Below are positions 48,504-57,219 of a stretch of 64,000 nt of DNA, in pieces. A program made the position numbers and the translations under genes. Under the pieces are notes generated by a model that saw nothing but the letters and a program-made list of their open reading frames with translations, did not search any database and was not told the DNA's origin. Position 1 is the stretch's first letter. The number at the start of each line of letters is the position of its first letter. Source of the stretch: a virus; the IMG/VR virus record IMGVR_UViG_3300044655_002353, positions 26,029 through 90,028 of that record, one strand, 5' to 3'.

Positions 48504-48890
48504 ATGTCTGATGAAAAAAACGTTCGGTTGTATTTTGGTCGCAAACCTGAAAATTCAATGAAAATTGATGATTTTTTCATAGGCTTTATGGAAAAACATG
48601 ACTATTTGATTGACAAAGCAGTTGATGAATTGATACATGCAATGAAAACATTGAATATTTCTATAAATGTTTTTCATACAATGAACCCACTCATTCCTAA
48701 CTATATGTTAGATAAAGTCGCAATTGAATTGATGTGGATGATTGACGAAGAAGGCAATCATATTAGTATGAAAGACGATATGCACTTACGTTCCAAGCTG
48801 GATTGGATGGCACCAGGTGAAGCTCTTTGCGATGATGCTCGGTCTTTCAAATCTTTACCTGTAGAACCACAAGAGAGTGTCAATAAATGA
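48504..48890 (+). CDS. Hypothetical protein
   Basis: ORF after the promoter. Confidence 0.6.
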   Translation: MSDEKNVRLYFGRKPENSMKIDDFFIGFMEKHDYLIDKAVDELIHAMKTLNISINVFHTMNPLIPNYMLDKVAIELMWMIDEEGNHISMKDDMHLRSKLDWMAPGEALCDDARSFKSLPVEPQESVNK

Positions 48891-49111
48891 ACAACACGTT
48901 ACCAACCTTTAGAGTTATCAAGACATCAATCAATTCGCTTTATGTCACTGATAATCTGAATGAACTTATCTGTTATCTTTTGCAAAGTGATGAAGAGGAT
49001 ACCATTCTTGTTATAAAATCGGACCATCGTGGACATCGTATCATCAAGCTTGATGGTTGTACTATGTCATATGATGCTCTTGAAATGTGCTTATTAGAAA
49101 GCATAATGTGA
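48887..49111 (+). CDS. Small hypothetical protein, distant paralog of 49197/49411
   Basis: VIKSDHRGHRIIKL resembles VKVDEKGERIVDV. Confidence 0.5.
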   Translation: MNNTLPTFRVIKTSINSLYVTDNLNELICYLLQSDEEDTILVIKSDHRGHRIIKLDGCTMSYDALEMCLLESIM

Positions 49112-49196
49112 TAACCAGTTATCAAAAATAACCATTTACAAATCTAGAAAACCGTTTATAATAGACTCATATTATAAAGAAGAGTGGAGAACTACG

Positions 49197-49406
49197 ATGG
49201 CTGATACGACCTATTATGTAATACATAGAAGAACTGGACATACTGAGATTTTTCATAATGCTTCTTTAGTTTCATCTTTTATGTTGGTGCGAAGATTATC
49301 ATCAGGATTATTTGTAAAAGTTGATGAAAAAGGCGAACGAATAGTTGATGTATCAAAATGTTCTGATAAAACGTCAGAACTTGAACAAATTTTAGAAGAG
49401 GCATAA
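49197..49406 (+). CDS. Small hypothetical protein, tandem duplicate 1
   Basis: MADTTYYVIHRRTG...LEQILEEA; GGAG RBS; own promoter at 49135-49162. Confidence 0.7.
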   Translation: MADTTYYVIHRRTGHTEIFHNASLVSSFMLVRRLSSGLFVKVDEKGERIVDVSKCSDKTSELEQILEEA

Positions 49407-49410
49407 GAAA

Positions 49411-49620
49411 ATGGCTGACACGACCTATTATGTAATACACAAAAGAACTGGTAACACTCAGCTTTTTTATGATGCTTCGTCTGTTGTAACATTTATGTGG
49501 GGCCAAAAAATTGCTTCTTATTATTTTCTAAAGGCTGATGATAAAGGACCAAGAGTGGTTGATATATCACAATGGTCTGGAGATTTATCAGAACTTGCAC
49601 AAATTTTGAAAGAGGCATAA
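49411..49620 (+). CDS. Small hypothetical protein, tandem duplicate 2
   Basis: MADTTYYVIHKRTG...LAQILKEA; same length as its neighbour. Confidence 0.7.
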   Translation: MADTTYYVIHKRTGNTQLFYDASSVVTFMWGQKIASYYFLKADDKGPRVVDISQWSGDLSELAQILKEA

Positions 49621-49624
49621 GACG

Positions 49625-50434
49625 ATGGCAAGTATAGATTTCCAATCATTGGGTGACGAACAGAAGAAGTTAGAGTTGATTTCAGCTGGAGCTCGATTAG
49701 TTTCTGGAGTGCCAGTGATTGCTCGTCTTGACGGGCGAGCTTTTCATACTCTGACTAAAGATGCGAATAAGCCGTTTGACTGTCGTATTGTTGGTTCAAT
49801 GGAGCATACTGCTAAAACATTGGTTGAAGCTTTTCAACCAGATGTTGGTTATACTCAAAGCGATGAGATAACTTTGGTCTGGGAAAGTTTGGATATGTTT
49901 GATGGTCGAATCCAAAAGATATGTTCAACTCTTGCGTCATATGCATCGGTAATTTTTGCAAAAGAAATGGACCAATATCGGTTTCCAATTCCACGTGGCA
50001 TTGTTCCAACATTTGATTGTCGTGTATGGCATGTTCCATCATTAAGTTCTGCGGTTGATAATTTGACATGGCGGGAATGGGATGCTTCTAAGAACAGTGT
50101 AAGCATGTGTGCTCATACAAAGTTTACGAATGTCCAACTTAAAGGGGTTCCAACTAAACGTCGGGTTCAAATGCTATACGAAGTAGGGTTCGATTGGAAC
50201 GGATTGGCTGATAACTTCAAACGCGGTTCTTACTGGCAACGTAAGACGTTCATGGAGTTCTTGACTGAAGAAGAATGCGAAAGAATTCCGGCACAACACA
50301 GACCTGCTGGAGCAATATCTCGGAGTAGAGTGGTAAGAATGAACTTTCCACGGTTAGTTCAAGTATCAAATGCAGTTGGGATGATATTTAGAGCCGAAGA
50401 ACCACAATTTAGAGATGTAATAGGAATTGAATGA
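49625..50434 (+). CDS. tRNA(His) guanylyltransferase Thg1-like protein
   Basis: ARLDGRAFH, YTQSDEITL, FDGRIQK, FDCR, WREWDA.KNS motifs. Confidence 0.9.
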   Translation: MASIDFQSLGDEQKKLELISAGARLVSGVPVIARLDGRAFHTLTKDANKPFDCRIVGSMEHTAKTLVEAFQPDVGYTQSDEITLVWESLDMFDGRIQKICSTLASYASVIFAKEMDQYRFPIPRGIVPTFDCRVWHVPSLSSAVDNLTWREWDASKNSVSMCAHTKFTNVQLKGVPTKRRVQMLYEVGFDWNGLADNFKRGSYWQRKTFMEFLTEEECERIPAQHRPAGAISRSRVVRMNFPRLVQVSNAVGMIFRAEEPQFRDVIGIE

Positions 50435-50461
50435 AAGCTATAAATTAAGAAGCGATAAATA

Positions 50462-50740
50462 ATAGACCAGCTCCATAAAAGCTGGTGTGACCACCAAAGG
50501 CGGCTACCTGATTAGCCATCTACTCTAATGTATTATGCATAGAGTGGTCTTTCAATGGCCTTGAAGCACGGGAACATTCTACAGTTCCATATTCATGTGA
50601 TTCAAGGTAACGGTGCGGAAAAGCCAAAAAACCGAAGGCTTGCACCCCGTTGGGCAACATAGAGAATGAGATTCACGTTGATTTATCTGATGAGAATCTT
50701 TATGGAGTGCTTGATGCGAACTAAACAAATAGAGAGGGAG
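50462..50740 (+). ncRNA. Candidate structured RNA / cis-regulatory leader of the lytic transglycosylase
   Basis: GC-richer, ORF-free 280 nt after GATAAATA with many stems (GACCAC/GTGGTC, GGCTA/TAGCC, ACTCTA/TAGAGT, CCTTGAA/TTCAAGG, GGTGC/GCACC). Confidence 0.5.
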
Positions 50741-50743
50741 TAA

Positions 50744-51418
50744 ATGAAACTCAACACACTAACCTTAGTGGCAACACTGGGGATGGCATTGCTATCTCCG
50801 TCTGTTTCTGCGAAAGTGCACCATGTTTACGACCGTCACCAGAAAGGTCATCATCACAATAACTTTTCTAATGACACTGATAATGTATCAGAAAAAGTTG
50901 TAAGAGTAAGGCATGGAAGGGGTGAAAGTGGAAAGTCATCGCATAAGAATGAACCGCTTTCTGTAAATCAAAAGAACATCATTACTTTAGCTTATAATAC
51001 GGCAAAGGAAGATGGACTTAGACAACCAGAAGTTCTAGCTGGAATCATTTTCCAGGAAAGCAAAGCCGGTGAGGCGGCTAAGTTTAGAACCTCAAAACAT
51101 AAGAAGGCTTGTGACCAAACTGTTGGCTTAGGGCAAATCAAAACAGGAACAGCGAAAGCAGTTCTAAAAAGATTTCCTGAATTGAAGAAAAAGTTTGGAA
51201 TCCCAGATAGCCAGATAACAAATGCTCTTGCACATAACGACAAGTTCAATGTGGCAGTGGCAAGTAAGTATCTTGTTTATCTGAGTACAATGTATCGAGG
51301 AGATGCATTGATTGCAAGTTATAACATGGGTGAAGGTGGCGTTAAAAAGCTACGTAATCCATCAAAACTTCATTATGTTAGAATGGTCAATAAACATATT
51401 GACACATTAAATCTATAA
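50744..51418 (+). CDS. Secreted lytic transglycosylase (SLT-like)
   Basis: Signal peptide; IIFQES catalytic Glu, GLGQI, YL..L, SYNMG motifs. Confidence 0.85.
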   Translation: MKLNTLTLVATLGMALLSPSVSAKVHHVYDRHQKGHHHNNFSNDTDNVSEKVVRVRHGRGESGKSSHKNEPLSVNQKNIITLAYNTAKEDGLRQPEVLAGIIFQESKAGEAAKFRTSKHKKACDQTVGLGQIKTGTAKAVLKRFPELKKKFGIPDSQITNALAHNDKFNVAVASKYLVYLSTMYRGDALIASYNMGEGGVKKLRNPSKLHYVRMVNKHIDTLNL

Positions 51419-51425
51419 CGACAGA

Positions 51426-51471
51426 ACATGTGAATGGGTGTTATAATGTACCTATTCACATGTCACTTTTT
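51426..51471 (+). terminator. Hairpin terminator with TG-TATAAT in its loop
   Basis: ACATGTGAATGGGT / ACCTATTCACATGT stem, loop GTTATAATGT, T tract follows. Confidence 0.6.
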
Positions 51472-51481
51472 CTAAGTACCT

Positions 51482-52522
51482 ATGTCATCATCAGCAGTAA
51501 ATGATTTCGCATCAAAACTTACTAACCTCATTCACACCCACATTCCACTAACAGGCAAAACTTCTGCTACAGGTTTTCAACAGATAAGATGTGCTTGCTG
51601 TTCTGACCATTCACCTCGTGGTGGCTGGAAGATTGAACCGTCTGAAATAGTGTATCACTGTTTCAATTGTGGTATTGCAAGTGGTTGGAAGTTAGGTGAT
51701 GAAAAGATACGTAAAGACTTCGAACAAATCCTAAAAGCTTTTGGAGTTCCTGTTCATGAGCTCAACGAAATCAAGAGCCAGCTATTCTTCAATCAACCGC
51801 CTAGGCAAGAAGACAAGACTATCACTCTTGAAACATTACATAAAGTCAATCTTTATACTCCTGAAGTATCATTGCCTGAAGGTTCAGTTCGATTAGACGA
51901 ATCTCATATCAATGAATGTCAGTTCTTGTTGAACAAGTATAGACTAACATGTCATGATTATCCATTTTTTGTTAGCACTACATTACCAAATCGTGTTATA
52001 ATACCTTTTTACAAACAAAGTAAAGTCATCTACTGGCAAGCAAGAACTATTTTGTCAGATGAACGTCTTCGTTATCGAAACTGCGAAGTCAAAAAGGAAG
52101 CAGTCATCTTCAATAATGACGAACTATTTCGTTATTCAGAAAAACCGTTATTCATATGTGAAGGTGTCTTTGATGCTATACACGTGAATGGTATCAGTCT
52201 TTTAGGTAGTAAGCTCACAGAATCCAAAATAGAGCTACTCCGAAAATCACGACGCGAACTCGTGTTTGTGATTGATAAAGATGCTAATGGTCAATCCTTA
52301 GCATTTCATGTGTTGAAAGAGAAGTTAGGTAGTATCACTTTCGTGACAAACCCTTCCACAACGAAATCAAAAGCTGACATATCATCTAGGATTGTCGAAA
52401 CTGGCAAAATCTGGACGATGTATGAACTCCTTCAAAATAGGATTTACGATGAAAAGAAAGCAAAACTCTACATAAACTTTTTACCCAAAAACACAACAAG
52501 AGGATTCAATGAAAGGAAATGA
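51482..52522 (+). CDS. DNA primase (gp61-like)
   Basis: CACC.D...YHCFNCG zinc finger; IIPF, YWQAR, CEGVFDA, D.DANG TOPRIM. Confidence 0.9.
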   Translation: MSSSAVNDFASKLTNLIHTHIPLTGKTSATGFQQIRCACCSDHSPRGGWKIEPSEIVYHCFNCGIASGWKLGDEKIRKDFEQILKAFGVPVHELNEIKSQLFFNQPPRQEDKTITLETLHKVNLYTPEVSLPEGSVRLDESHINECQFLLNKYRLTCHDYPFFVSTTLPNRVIIPFYKQSKVIYWQARTILSDERLRYRNCEVKKEAVIFNNDELFRYSEKPLFICEGVFDAIHVNGISLLGSKLTESKIELLRKSRRELVFVIDKDANGQSLAFHVLKEKLGSITFVTNPSTTKSKADISSRIVETGKIWTMYELLQNRIYDEKKAKLYINFLPKNTTRGFNERK

Positions 52523-53900
52523 ACAAATTGAATATGATGTTGATGTACAGAAATTATTAGTTGAAAACTTACTAAGTAATCCTGAACTATTCGCACGATG
52601 CAACAGAATACTGTCACATGAGTATTTTGACCAATCGCTTATAAAACCGGTCAAGTTTATTCGTGAATACTTCGAAGAATATCGAACTGTTCCAAATTCA
52701 AAAACTATCAAAGCTACTACTGGAGTATCATTTGATACTGCTGAAGTTCTAACTAAAGCTGACCAAGATTTTACTGCAACGTTAATAGAAACATTCTGTA
52801 GAAACTCTGCAGTTTGGAATGCAGTTATGAAAGCACCTGAGCTCCATGATAAAGGGGATTATGGTGCAATATGGCAACTCATCAAAGAAGCTGATGCTAT
52901 TTCTCTAAATCGAGATTTAGGTATCAATTACTTTGAAAATGTTGGAGATAGATTACGAGACCTATTGAATAACTCTCCAACTATTCCAACAGGTTGGGAT
53001 GATGTCGATGAAGCAATAGGTGGTGGTATCAATAGACAAGAACTATTGCTACTAACTGCTGCATCAGGTATTGGTAAGAGTATCTGTATGTCTAATCTTG
53101 GTATCAATCTTGTCAAGCAAGGGTATAATGGAATCTACTTTTCATTAGAACTTGCAGATAGAATCGTATGTAAACGATTTGATAGTATGGTGACAGGTAT
53201 TGGTCAAGCAGATATTCTCAAAAGTATTGAAGCAGTTGAATCGAAAGTAGATGCATTTCATCGAGGTGCAAATGCTCAATTGTATGTCAAGCGATATCCA
53301 GAAAGTGTCACGACTGCAAATGATTTAAGAGCATATCTAAAGGAGTTTCAGCAAACTCACGGATTTACTCCTGACTTCATTATAGTTGACTATCTTGATT
53401 TGATGGCGACTAATAGAGGTATTAGCAATGAGAACATCTGGTTAGCTGACAAATACAAAGCTGAAGAATTGCGAGCAATTGGATTAGATTTTGATTGTGC
53501 AGTTATTACTGCTTCTCAGTTAGGAAGAGGTTCTTTAGAAGCTGAGAAAGTCGGACAGCAACATATTCAAGGTGGATATTCAAAAGTTCAAACTTGTGAT
53601 ATAATGATTGCTATTATTCAATCAGATTTGATGAGAGCTAATGGTGAATATGCATTTGAATATACTAAAACCCGTAACGCTAGTGGGGTAGGTACTACTT
53701 CTTATTTGAAATGGGACCCTATCGCTCTACGAGTTACTAATATGGAGGAAGGAAATCAAAGCTTACGTTTGAAGCCCAAAACTGAAACTATAAATACTAT
53801 TTTGAATACCAATGGAACTATGTTTGGGAATCAGGGAAAAATCAATGATTCCGTTATTGGAAAAAAACCTAATCTTTTAGAATTATCTGGAAGAAAATAA
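52509..53900 (+). CDS. Replicative DNA helicase (gp41/DnaB-like)
   Basis: PTGW..VD..IGGG, AASGIGKS, SLEL, VDYLDLM, TASQL, KTRN motifs. Confidence 0.92.
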   Translation: MKGNEQIEYDVDVQKLLVENLLSNPELFARCNRILSHEYFDQSLIKPVKFIREYFEEYRTVPNSKTIKATTGVSFDTAEVLTKADQDFTATLIETFCRNSAVWNAVMKAPELHDKGDYGAIWQLIKEADAISLNRDLGINYFENVGDRLRDLLNNSPTIPTGWDDVDEAIGGGINRQELLLLTAASGIGKSICMSNLGINLVKQGYNGIYFSLELADRIVCKRFDSMVTGIGQADILKSIEAVESKVDAFHRGANAQLYVKRYPESVTTANDLRAYLKEFQQTHGFTPDFIIVDYLDLMATNRGISNENIWLADKYKAEELRAIGLDFDCAVITASQLGRGSLEAEKVGQQHIQGGYSKVQTCDIMIAIIQSDLMRANGEYAFEYTKTRNASGVGTTSYLKWDPIALRVTNMEEGNQSLRLKPKTETINTILNTNGTMFGNQGKINDSVIGKKPNLLELSGRK

Positions 53901-53935
53901 TTTATTATCAACAACATAAAAAAGAGGAAATACAA

Positions 53936-54199
53936 ATGGCAGAAGCTAACGAACAAGTTCAAACTATCACTATCGACGGTGTACAACACGAACTTGCAAA
54001 ATTTTCAACCGAAGTACAACGTTTAGTTCAAATTCACCAAATCTGGGAACAAAAAGTTATCGAAGCTGAGCTTGAATATGCTCGTGCTCGTGCTGCCGTT
54101 CGCGATTTGAATAATGAATTGCTTGCTAAATTGAAAGCAGAACTTGAGCCTGCTGCTCCTGAACAAGAAGTTGCTCCAGCAGCTGACGTAGCAGTATAA
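53936..54199 (+). CDS. Small coiled-coil hypothetical protein
   Basis: GAGGA RBS; ITIDG..H.L N-terminus. Confidence 0.65.
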   Translation: MAEANEQVQTITIDGVQHELAKFSTEVQRLVQIHQIWEQKVIEAELEYARARAAVRDLNNELLAKLKAELEPAAPEQEVAPAADVAV

Positions 54200-54226
54200 A
54201 TGCTGTAATAGTTAGAAACTAAGAAG

Positions 54227-54258
54227 AAGGGCCGAATATGAAAGTATTCGGCCCTTTT
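54227..54258 (+). terminator. Intrinsic terminator
   Basis: AAGGGCCGAATA / TATTCGGCCCTT stem plus T tract. Confidence 0.8.
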
Positions 54259-54317
54259 GTTTATCAGTAAGTAGATAAATAGTTACATACTATTCTTATT
54301 CAAATAAACTTGTAAAT

Positions 54318-57212
54318 ATGACTGCATCAACATTCGAAGACTTACCAATAAAAAAGTTTATAGCACAACTGAAATCGTTGGGTTCTTATACTATTTCAGC
54401 TCAAGCAGATGGACTTACTTTTTATTTTGGTATTGATTCAGATAATCAGTTTTATACGTCAGCCTATTCTCCAAACAAAAGAACTAAGTTTTCATATAAA
54501 GTTACTGACTATCAATTAAGAGTTGAGAACAATCAATTCAGAGCAGCACATAAAGCAATTTCTCAGTTTCAATCTGATATCAAAGATATCCTTGAAGCTG
54601 GACAAGTTATTGAGTGTCAATTAGAAGCTAAGGCAGAAACTCAATTTGGCAATACATTTAGCAAAATCGTTTTGGTACGACCTGTTATTGGAGAAGCGAC
54701 TATTGCTGATAGTAAAGTAATTGACCAACTCTATACCGCGATTGGAGATAAAAAGGTCCAAGTTAAAGTCAAACAAATGTCATCAATCAATGGCGAAGAT
54801 TTAGAAGAACAAGAAGTCTTGACTACATGGAAAGTGTTCAAAACTAAATCAGTCAAAGGTGGAGGAATGCTTTCGTCTGGAAAACTAAAAAGCATTCTTT
54901 CAAAGTTAGAAGCATTCCTTGCCAAAGATAATGAGGTAGCACATCGTCACAGTCTTGAAATGTCTAACTATGAAGTTGCTGCTGTTAATCTTACACAAGT
55001 TCCAATGAAGTATCGTGATGTGATTGAAACCGAACGTGAGAAGCTAAACAATGTTATTCTTACTCAATTCAAGTTCCCTATCAAGACTGAACTATTGAAG
55101 TCAATTGAAGATAATGTTGGTTCTCAAGCAGCGTTAATTCATAAAGGAAGTGATAGCACTTGGATTGCATCAAGCGAGTTTAAAGCTGATGGTCGATTTG
55201 ATACTATTCCTAAACGCGAACTAAGTGGAATGATTCGTACTACTGACAAGAAAGCATCTCTTGAAGATAGAGGTGGAATTGAAGGTGTATTCCAACAACG
55301 AATTGCTCAATTATTTGGAGTCCCAGAACTTCAACGTCCTCAATCGGTTGGCAATGTATTCAAATCTTTTAGAGGTACTAACCCTCGTGATACTGCCGCA
55401 GCTTTTGCTCAACAGTTCAAAGAGATGAGCTTCAACGGTGTTAAAACTAAAATCTTAGCAGTATTAAAGTATTCAAAAGAACAAGCAGAGAAAAAGTTAC
55501 AAGAGTTCAAAGATACTAGTAATGATTTCAAACAAGTTACAGGTGAGTCAGAGATTACTTATACTCAAGATGAAATCAAAGATAACTTAGGATTCTATGC
55601 ACAAGCAATTAATGGGTATGATGATAGAATGTCTGAAATTAAAAGAAGTAAAAGCTTTACGGACATTATCTTAGCCTTATATGGAAATGCAATATATTCA
55701 TTACATGGACAGCGAATAGCAGAAAGTATCATTATAGAAGGTAGTAAATTACAAAACGTATCATTAGACCAAATCAAGCATATGCATGGACATGATATAT
55801 GCAGTGCTTATACTGCTACGTTACTTGCATCAATGTTATTACTTCGCACTCAAACTAAAGGTGCAGTTCCTCTAATCAAAGATATGAAACATGCAACACT
55901 AAAGCATAAACCTGATGCAACAATGAGTCAACTAAACTTTTGGGGAACAATGGTTTTTAGCCCATACATTGCAGTAATGAAAGGTAGTATGTCAGCCGAA
56001 ACAACAAGTGAACTTAAAAAGTTATCAGGTCGAATAACAAAGCAACGAGTAGAAAAAATCCATAAGACATTATCATCAGGAAGTTTTGTCCAGGATTGGG
56101 ATTTGCAAGAAGATAATGCTAAATTGATTACTATGCGTCTAGAAACCCGTAGTCAATCAATAAATACTGCAATTGCAGGTATAAGACACTGGGATGATAT
56201 TGAACTTAGCGACAAAAATACTGTCATTGCGAAAGTGTTTTATTATTTACAACAGCATGTTCACGGTTCTCCATTGTTAGGACCTTTACGACAGTTAGCA
56301 TCTAACACGTTGACCCATGCTGCTATTGATGCAAACAAAACACAAAATAAAGAGGGTACTGACTTGACGACGACGACAAATAAGAAGAAACAATCTTCAC
56401 TACAAGACATTGATGAGACACTTACATTCATGCAATCATTATCTTCTTTAGTAAATGAAACTGAAATGGGAGCTAATGCATCCCAAACCGCGATTAGTAA
56501 TGGCGCTAACGTTGCTGCTTGGGCAGATTTTGGTGTAGCAACTGACCCATCTTCAGACGGACAGACAAAACAAAATAAAGCTAGTCTTGGAAATAAATCC
56601 TTATCAAATAATCACTTATTAGTCAAATTTATGAATGGAAAACCGATAGTTAGAAGAAAGCGAGACTTTACTAAAAAGCCAAAATTTACTCGCAATGCAG
56701 AAGAACAAATCGTTAGAGAAGAAGGAGAAGAAGGTGGAGCCGAAGCAGGTGATATTAGCTCAGCTGCAATTGCTACATTTCCTTCAAGATTATTTGACAC
56801 GTCTGATAAAAAGAAAGGACAGGTTGCGGTGTCTAAAAGTGTTTCTTCTAAAAAGAAAAAACGAATTTTGAAACGAGTAATTCCAGGATTTAGTCATCTT
56901 ACCGCAGTAAGTGAAGTTAGTAATCCTGCTGCAATGTTCAGCGATTTATTTTATGCTATTGTAGAATGGACTGATGAAGATTTTACCGGCGATCCTTTGA
57001 CAGATGAAGGATTCAAATTCTTGAAAGAAGAAAGATATTTACTTGCATCAATAATTACTACTCCTTCTAATGAAAAAGATGGTAGTAACCAAAAATGGCC
57101 TTCAGTCAAACTAATTGGAACAAAAGAACATTTAACATCATTCTTATCTAAAGACTATCAGGCAGATGCATCATTTATAGCTTCTGCAATCACACCAATG
57201 ATTGGGGAGTAA
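54318..57212 (+). CDS. Large hypothetical protein, probably late/virion-associated
   Basis: 964-aa ORF preceded by GATAAATA. Confidence 0.65.
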   Translation: MTASTFEDLPIKKFIAQLKSLGSYTISAQADGLTFYFGIDSDNQFYTSAYSPNKRTKFSYKVTDYQLRVENNQFRAAHKAISQFQSDIKDILEAGQVIECQLEAKAETQFGNTFSKIVLVRPVIGEATIADSKVIDQLYTAIGDKKVQVKVKQMSSINGEDLEEQEVLTTWKVFKTKSVKGGGMLSSGKLKSILSKLEAFLAKDNEVAHRHSLEMSNYEVAAVNLTQVPMKYRDVIETEREKLNNVILTQFKFPIKTELLKSIEDNVGSQAALIHKGSDSTWIASSEFKADGRFDTIPKRELSGMIRTTDKKASLEDRGGIEGVFQQRIAQLFGVPELQRPQSVGNVFKSFRGTNPRDTAAAFAQQFKEMSFNGVKTKILAVLKYSKEQAEKKLQEFKDTSNDFKQVTGESEITYTQDEIKDNLGFYAQAINGYDDRMSEIKRSKSFTDIILALYGNAIYSLHGQRIAESIIIEGSKLQNVSLDQIKHMHGHDICSAYTATLLASMLLLRTQTKGAVPLIKDMKHATLKHKPDATMSQLNFWGTMVFSPYIAVMKGSMSAETTSELKKLSGRITKQRVEKIHKTLSSGSFVQDWDLQEDNAKLITMRLETRSQSINTAIAGIRHWDDIELSDKNTVIAKVFYYLQQHVHGSPLLGPLRQLASNTLTHAAIDANKTQNKEGTDLTTTTNKKKQSSLQDIDETLTFMQSLSSLVNETEMGANASQTAISNGANVAAWADFGVATDPSSDGQTKQNKASLGNKSLSNNHLLVKFMNGKPIVRRKRDFTKKPKFTRNAEEQIVREEGEEGGAEAGDISSAAIATFPSRLFDTSDKKKGQVAVSKSVSSKKKKRILKRVIPGFSHLTAVSEVSNPAAMFSDLFYAIVEWTDEDFTGDPLTDEGFKFLKEERYLLASIITTPSNEKDGSNQKWPSVKLIGTKEHLTSFLSKDYQADASFIASAITPMIGE

Positions 57213-57219
57213 ACAATCA

